From the IMG/VR virus record IMGVR_UViG_3300032257_000043, positions 1 through 39,556 of that record: a DNA stretch of 39,556 bases. The stretch is one strand, 5' to 3'. The notes under the pieces were generated by a model. That model worked only from the letters and a program-made list of their open reading frames with translations. It was not told where the DNA came from and did no database searches. Below, one piece after another: positions 35,133 to 39,556 of this stretch. The stretch's first letter is position 1; every line of letters starts with the position of its first letter. A program made the translations under genes and the position numbers. This DNA comes from a virus. Taxonomy: Duplodnaviria > Caudoviricetes.

Positions 35133-35372
35133 TTACTGTTTGTTAGGTATGCAGCACTTTTTAAATTTCTTACCGCTATTACACGGACAAGGCTCGTTAC
35201 GGCCAATTTTTCTACGGCCTACATACTTATATCCTTTGCCTTCTGCACTGGCGACAGCTTCATCCATACGAGATTCAAATTCTTTCCTCGACTCTGAAAC
35301 CTCGCGCTCAAAAATCTCTCTGGCATTCGGCAGATCTTCATCATCCATAAATTCAGGTTTATATTCTTGCAT
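35133..35372 (-). CDS. SEC-C motif (SecA metal-binding domain) protein
   Basis: [20 protein letters not shown]. Confidence 0.88.
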   Translation of the reverse strand: MQEYKPEFMDDEDLPNAREIFEREVSESRKEFESRMDEAVASAEGKGYKYVGRRKIGRNEPCPCNSGKKFKKCCIPNKQ

Positions 35373-35389
35373 CTCATCACCTCATGTTG

Positions 35390-35566
35390 TTAATAGTATG
35401 GTTGGTCTTTAATTGCTTCGATAGCAAAATCTTTAATGTCTTTCATGTACTCGGCCTGAGTGTAAGTTTTAAGCTCCATTTCACCGTCGCCACTAAAACT
35501 GATTTTTACCATAGCGCTACCGCCTGATGCTGTAGTAGTGAAAACATCTGTAAACTTATCAGCCAT
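35390..35566 (-). CDS. hypothetical protein (MADKF...AIEAIKDQPYY)
   Basis: ATG 35566 just after the upstream stop; paralogue at 29071-29244. Confidence 0.6.
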   Translation of the reverse strand: MADKFTDVFTTTASGGSAMVKISFSGDGEMELKTYTQAEYMKDIKDFAIEAIKDQPYY

Positions 35567-35568
35567 CC

Positions 35569-35955
35569 TCATTCCCCTTGCTTGTGTCGGGTGTTCCATG
35601 CTTTGATAGCCGCGTCTTCAGTTGCGAATTCATAAACCATGTCGCCATAGTAATCGGTGGTTTCGTCAATACCTAAAGTACAAAAACAATCATCATTCTC
35701 ACATCTAACACCATAATCAGTCTCGGTATATTTGCCTTTTCCCGCCGCATTGTAATGCCTGTGATTGTCTTCTACGTATGCAGTCGATCCACAAAACGGA
35801 CAGGGTAAAAGCTCAGTCTCTTTGGTCATTTCCTGCGGGTTATCTATACAGATGTCACTAAAAAAATTTTTAAAAATGCAATCAGAACATTCTTTCTGGC
35901 CTAGATCACCAATAACCAAATCTTTTCCGCAACTTGTGCATTTTGTCCCCATCAT
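35569..35955 (-). CDS. Lar-family restriction alleviation protein with extra N-terminal CxxC pairs
   Basis: LLPCPFCG..VRC..C..AIKAWNTR. Confidence 0.8.
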   Translation of the reverse strand: MMGTKCTSCGKDLVIGDLGQKECSDCIFKNFFSDICIDNPQEMTKETELLPCPFCGSTAYVEDNHRHYNAAGKGKYTETDYGVRCENDDCFCTLGIDETTDYYGDMVYEFATEDAAIKAWNTRHKQGE

Positions 35956-36233
35956 TCACTCTCTCCAGTAGGTAGGGGCAGGAACGATTTAACTTTTTTA
36001 TGTAAAATTGAACCATGTCCGATAGATGTCAGCTCGTTAATGTTTAAATAATCATCAATCTCTTTCATCAGGTCGAGCATACCTTTCGCGGCTTCGTAAT
36101 GGGCGATAAGGCCAGCTATAGCGGTGTCATCATCAATCCCAAGCTCTAATAAAACACCATTCCAATCAGCTTGCTTGAATTCAGAGATAAACCGATCAAT
36201 ATTTTCAGTAATTTCTTTATTATCATCAATCAT
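35952..36233 (-). CDS. hypothetical protein
   Basis: 93 aa, GAGGA RBS. Confidence 0.6.
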   Translation of the reverse strand: MIDDNKEITENIDRFISEFKQADWNGVLLELGIDDDTAIAGLIAHYEAAKGMLDLMKEIDDYLNINELTSIGHGSILHKKVKSFLPLPTGESE

Positions 36234-36290
36234 TTGTTGTCCTCGCGGGCGCTGCCCTTGCTCATTATGTAAGCCTTAACGATTGCCATT

Positions 36291-36485
36291 TCACTTCTCC
36301 AATTCAGGCAGACTATCTAAAATAGCTTTCTGCTCTTTCATCTTTAACTCATAAGTAAGTATGTATTTACAGCGCACAGCTTCAAGTTTAGGGCTCATTT
36401 TTAGCCCTTCCATATCAGCATAGTACTTATATAGATACTCGGCCTCAGAGTCGCTTAGGTTTAGGCAGATGATCATTTCTTGCAT
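36291..36485 (-). CDS. hypothetical protein
   Basis: 64 aa; overlaps the Cro-like gene. Confidence 0.5.
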   Translation of the reverse strand: MQEMIICLNLSDSEAEYLYKYYADMEGLKMSPKLEAVRCKYILTYELKMKEQKAILDSLPELEK

Positions 36486-36685
36486 TTCCTTTGCTGCTTC
36501 ATCCGATGTTTGTTTTCTGCAACCAAATAATCATGCAATTCTTCTATTTTTTTAATGCCGGGGTCGCCAGTCATGGCCTTGACGCTTTCCAGCCATCTAA
36601 CCGAATAACCCAGATCATTAGATATTTCTTTCATAGACCGGCTTGATTTTTTAAGCAAATCGACAGTAATAGAGTAAACGCTCAT
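36473..36685 (-). CDS. Cro-like HTH regulator
   Basis: S.KEIS..LG.S.RWL..DPGI.KIE.L; first gene of the replication arm; AGGTG RBS. Confidence 0.75.
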   Translation of the reverse strand: MSVYSITVDLLKKSSRSMKEISNDLGYSVRWLESVKAMTGDPGIKKIEELHDYLVAENKHRMKQQRKCKK

Positions 36686-36713
36686 ATTTCACCTTTTTTG
36701 TAGTATGTCTTAT

Positions 36714-36742
36714 ATCCTAATTCATTGCATCATAAAAGTAAA
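36714..36742 (-). promoter_or_regulatory. promoter of the cro/replication arm
   Basis: TTTACT-17 bp-TAGGAT. Confidence 0.5.
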
Positions 36743-36776
36743 GCAGAATGTCGCATTAAATAAATGCTAAATAATG

Positions 36777-36806
36777 TTGACAATCAAATATAGCTATGCC
36801 TATAAT
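36777..36806 (+). promoter_or_regulatory. strong sigma70 promoter of the recombination arm
   Basis: TTGACA-18 bp-TATAAT. Confidence 0.85.
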
Positions 36807-36839
36807 TACCCATCGAATCAATAAAGACAGGACAAGCCA

Positions 36840-37028
36840 ATGAAAACTAAAACAGCTATATGGATATTTAAATCAGTTATTGTGATGTGGATAGTTAGCG
36901 CTGCGTGGTTGGCCTGCGACATATTAGACAGCTATGATTTTGAGTGGCCTGCTTATGATAAGCATATCGAAAACTCGAAGAAGCCTTTTGAAAGTAACGG
37001 CAACAGAAGAAATAGAGGGTGGGAATGA
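36840..37028 (+). CDS. small membrane-anchored protein
   Basis: N-terminal TM segment, AGGA RBS. Confidence 0.6.
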   Translation: MKTKTAIWIFKSVIVMWIVSAAWLACDILDSYDFEWPAYDKHIENSKKPFESNGNRRNRGWE

Positions 37029-37153
37029 TGGAATGCTTAAATGGTACTTGGTGGGTTCCGATACTTTCGATATTTTTTATTGTTTCATGTTTATCGATTG
37101 GAACAGCGATAAGCTTAATATTCTTTCCTGATTGGAATGGAGAAAAGCAATGA
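37025..37153 (+). CDS. 42-aa TM peptide (MMECLNGTWWVPILSIFF...)
   Basis: Hand-translated; ATGA overlaps on both sides. Confidence 0.5.
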   Translation: MMECLNGTWWVPILSIFFIVSCLSIGTAISLIFFPDWNGEKQ

Positions 37154-37246
37154 AGTTATTACCGATAGTGGAAGGGTGTAAGGCTGTGTTTGTTAACAGC
37201 AAGGCAGGAAATGACGGCAAATCCTTAGTAATAGAGGGTGGTAATC

Positions 37247-37501
37247 ATGACGTTATTAAATAATAAAGAGATTGATAAGTGCTTGAAAAAAATGGCAAAG
37301 GCAGCAACAGAGCTAAATAAACAGCTTTCTATTTTATACGATCATTGTGATGAGCAATATGGATGCACACCTAGCGATATTGATAATGATGATTTTATCG
37401 ACAAATGCACAGGGTCAGGGGGTCGCTGTGATGGCATGACATCAATCGAATTTCATCAATCGATGATAGAAAGCTTGAAAATTCACAATGCAGGGGCGTG
37501 A
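37247..37501 (+). CDS. hypothetical protein
   Basis: GAGGGTGG RBS before MTLLNN. Confidence 0.6.
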   Translation: MTLLNNKEIDKCLKKMAKAATELNKQLSILYDHCDEQYGCTPSDIDNDDFIDKCTGSGGRCDGMTSIEFHQSMIESLKIHNAGA

Positions 37502-37503
37502 TA

Positions 37504-37725
37504 ATGAATTTCTCAATAGAAATAGCTAACGCTAAACATTTTATCTAAAGAAACGAAGTAATAGCGCATTATCACACTGATGTATTAGACGTTGCTTATT
37601 TCGATAAACTTGAGGCTAATAACCAAGCATTAAGAGAGGCAAAAAAGGTCTTTGAATTAAACGCAGAATACGAAAAGCCAAACCCTAATCGGGTGAGCTG
37701 TTTAGTAAAACATCAAGCAAGTTAA
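37504..37725 (+). pseudogene. ORF with one internal TAA (37546-37548)
   Basis: AGGGG RBS; MNFSIEIANAKHFI*RNEVIAHY...KHQAS* fills the gap between neighbours. Confidence 0.55.
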
Positions 37726-37737
37726 AAGGATAGGGTA

Positions 37738-38022
37738 ATGAAATATTTTACAGTTGAATTTCCAGACGGTGAGACTTGGGGTGTTCCGATCTCTTATATC
37801 GTTGGAGCTTATAGTGCGCATAAGAGCCATTATGGTGAGTTTGTGTTACTTGAAGAAGTTGAAAAGCACTTAATGGACAACCCAGAAGATATGGCTGTTT
37901 TTGTTCAGGAAGAATTAACGTGGCGAAATGTTCAAAACAACGCAGTAAAACTTTATACACGCGCTCGCAATTTCGCAGAAGAATGGAGCAATGGAAAATG
38001 GGAGATATTCGACGATGAGTAA
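37738..38022 (+). CDS. hypothetical protein
   Basis: V.FPDG..W.VP..W..V..A pattern; AGGATAGGG RBS. Confidence 0.7.
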   Translation: MKYFTVEFPDGETWGVPISYIVGAYSAHKSHYGEFVLLEEVEKHLMDNPEDMAVFVQEELTWRNVQNNAVKLYTRARNFAEEWSNGKWEIFDDE

Positions 38023-38194
38023 TGTAATAAGTAATTGTTGCAGCGCAAATCCAACATGCCAAGATGACATAGAGCGCGATCAATGCCCTAAATGCTTGGA
38101 GCATTGCGAATGGCTGGATGAAGACCAGCTAATAGCAGAAGATCGGGCTGATTTTGAGTATAACTTTAAAAAAGAAACGACAGGTGATTTATGA
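38015..38194 (+). CDS. small zinc-finger protein
   Basis: SNCC.A..CPKCLEHCE. Confidence 0.65.
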   Translation: MSNVISNCCSANPTCQDDIERDQCPKCLEHCEWLDEDQLIAEDRADFEYNFKKETTGDL

Positions 38195-38934
38195 CAGATC
38201 AAGTGAGTAAAGATAATCTAAAATTATGGGATGACGTTAAAACACCAGACCCATCATATACAAAAGGCTTTACCGGCGCTGGTGGATTTTCTGGAACATC
38301 GGTAAATGGTGTTTATACGGTTCGTCAACTAACAGAGCATTTCGGCAAAATCGGTTCAGGATGGGGTTATGAAATTATTGATGATGATTTTCATAACGGG
38401 CACACTGTTTTTAATGAGCAAGGTGATTCGGTTGGTCTTGTGTCGGTGCATACACTAAAAATTAATTTCTGGTATATGGAAGCTGGCGAAAAGAAGTCGT
38501 TTCAGCAATATGGGCATACACCATTCATTACCTACAGCAGGAAATTCAAAAGTATGTCTACTGATACGGAGTATGCTAAAAAGTCGCTTACAGACGCAAT
38601 CAGTAAGGCCGCTTCATTGCTCGGATTTAATGCTGATGTGTTTATGGGTAAATTTGATGATCGTGATTATTTGCAAGAAGTCGTCGATGATTATGATATT
38701 AAAGAATCTGATGACAAAGTTCAGACAGCGATAGACCAGAGACAAGAGTATGAAAAACTATTTAAAGATAATCTGGCATTAATTAAAACAGCCGTCGGCA
38801 TGAATGAGTTAGAAAAAGTGTTTGCATCCATTGTGCGTAAGTCAAAACGCAGGGGTGATGATGACGGCATTCGTAAATTAACAGACGCTAAAGATAAGCG
38901 TAAAAAAGAACTATCAGAAAAGGATAAAAAATAA
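38191..38934 (+). CDS. Rad52/Sak-like single-strand annealing recombinase
   Basis: LTE.FG..G.GWG, E.AKKS.TDA..KA.S.LG..ADVF.G.FDD. Confidence 0.75.
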   Translation: MTDQVSKDNLKLWDDVKTPDPSYTKGFTGAGGFSGTSVNGVYTVRQLTEHFGKIGSGWGYEIIDDDFHNGHTVFNEQGDSVGLVSVHTLKINFWYMEAGEKKSFQQYGHTPFITYSRKFKSMSTDTEYAKKSLTDAISKAASLLGFNADVFMGKFDDRDYLQEVVDDYDIKESDDKVQTAIDQRQEYEKLFKDNLALIKTAVGMNELEKVFASIVRKSKRRGDDDGIRKLTDAKDKRKKELSEKDKK

Positions 38935-39425
38935 TGACTCAATTACACAAGCTATCGCATGAGATGGAAAAAGTTAAGGCGCTTTTTGGTGACGACGTAC
39001 CGGCTGAGGCGATTAATGATACCCTTGAGGGGCTAAATCTTGAGTTTAAAGACAAGGCCGAAAAGATGTTGTTTTTAGTCACTAACATGCAGTCGGACTC
39101 TGATCAGATTGAAAATGAAATCAAGAGATTAACGGACAAAAAACGGAAGATTACCAATAGTCAAAATCATTTAAAAGAATATTTACGCTCAAACATGGAA
39201 GCCACTGGCATTGATAAAATTGAATGCCCGCTGTTTAGAATAACACTGAAAAAAGCATTAAAGGTGGTTGTTATTGATGACCAAGACGATCTTGATGATG
39301 AGTTTATTAAGGTTGATACTAAGATTACAGCCGACAAAACAGCTATCAAAAATGCAATCAAGGAAGGTCGTGAAGTAGTGGGCGCACATCTTGAAGATGG
39401 AAAGCGAGCGTTGCTAATCAAGTAA
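38934..39425 (+). CDS. siphovirus Gp157 family protein
   Basis: DTLE..F.DK..EIKRL..LKEYL..M..KI..DK.AIK..IK.G..V.GA.L..L.IK. Confidence 0.9.
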   Translation: MTQLHKLSHEMEKVKALFGDDVPAEAINDTLEGLNLEFKDKAEKMLFLVTNMQSDSDQIENEIKRLTDKKRKITNSQNHLKEYLRSNMEATGIDKIECPLFRITLKKALKVVVIDDQDDLDDEFIKVDTKITADKTAIKNAIKEGREVVGAHLEDGKRALLIK

Positions 39426-39488
39426 CCCCAATCCGACGGCAAGCGGTATATCTTGCCACCCTGTCGAGAGCTTAGGCTCTCTTGTGTT

Positions 39489-39519
39489 GAGGTCGGTATC
39501 TCCTACCGGCCTCCTTTTT
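39489..39519 (+). terminator. intrinsic terminator preceded by two further hairpins
   Basis: GAGGTCGGTA-TCTCC-TACCGGCCTC-CTTTTT. Confidence 0.7.
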
Positions 39520-39556
39520 GATTTGTCCGTGTTGTGTCCATTTGTCACAACACTGT

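Noticed and set aside
37546-37548. Stop-codon reassignment suggested by the internal TAA
   Set aside because: Most genes here end in TAA, long genes are uninterrupted, and no suppressor tRNA is present
1-39556. Prophage boundaries or att sites
   Set aside because: No host genes or integrase are seen; the tRNA is internal with no visible duplicated 3' end

Overview
The whole window is tailed-phage DNA, probably most of a circularly permuted lambdoid siphovirus genome. A Gammaproteobacterial host is inferred from NinB/NinG and IHF- and SlmA-like sites. Order: holin-like gene and a stand-alone five-gene fibre cassette (1-3862); a leaderless small ORF plus an HTH gene; an AT-rich putative early/anti-defence operon with an LPD29-like/N6-adenine methyltransferase fusion (4700-8079); a 600-bp non-coding region with palindromes and a lambda-like cos candidate (~8570-8615); head genes (Nu1/GpA terminase, gpW-like, lambda portal, protease-capsid fusion); tail genes with a -1 frameshift chaperone, tape measure, a tandemly duplicated Dit + small tip-protein cassette and a gpL-gpJ-like fusion (to 26379). 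A minus-strand arm follows: HExxH lipoprotein, HNH nuclease that displaced the ninG 3' end, ninG, ninB, tRNA-Gly preceded by a CCA-ending mini-RNA, SSB, NinC/PAPS-reductase, P-like loader, DUF1376 initiator with iterons, SEC-C protein, Lar and a Cro-like gene. A divergent promoter with no CI gene precedes a plus-strand recombination arm (Sak/Rad52-like, Gp157). No integrase, endolysin or CRISPR array is visible. All family calls come from motif recognition, not database searches.
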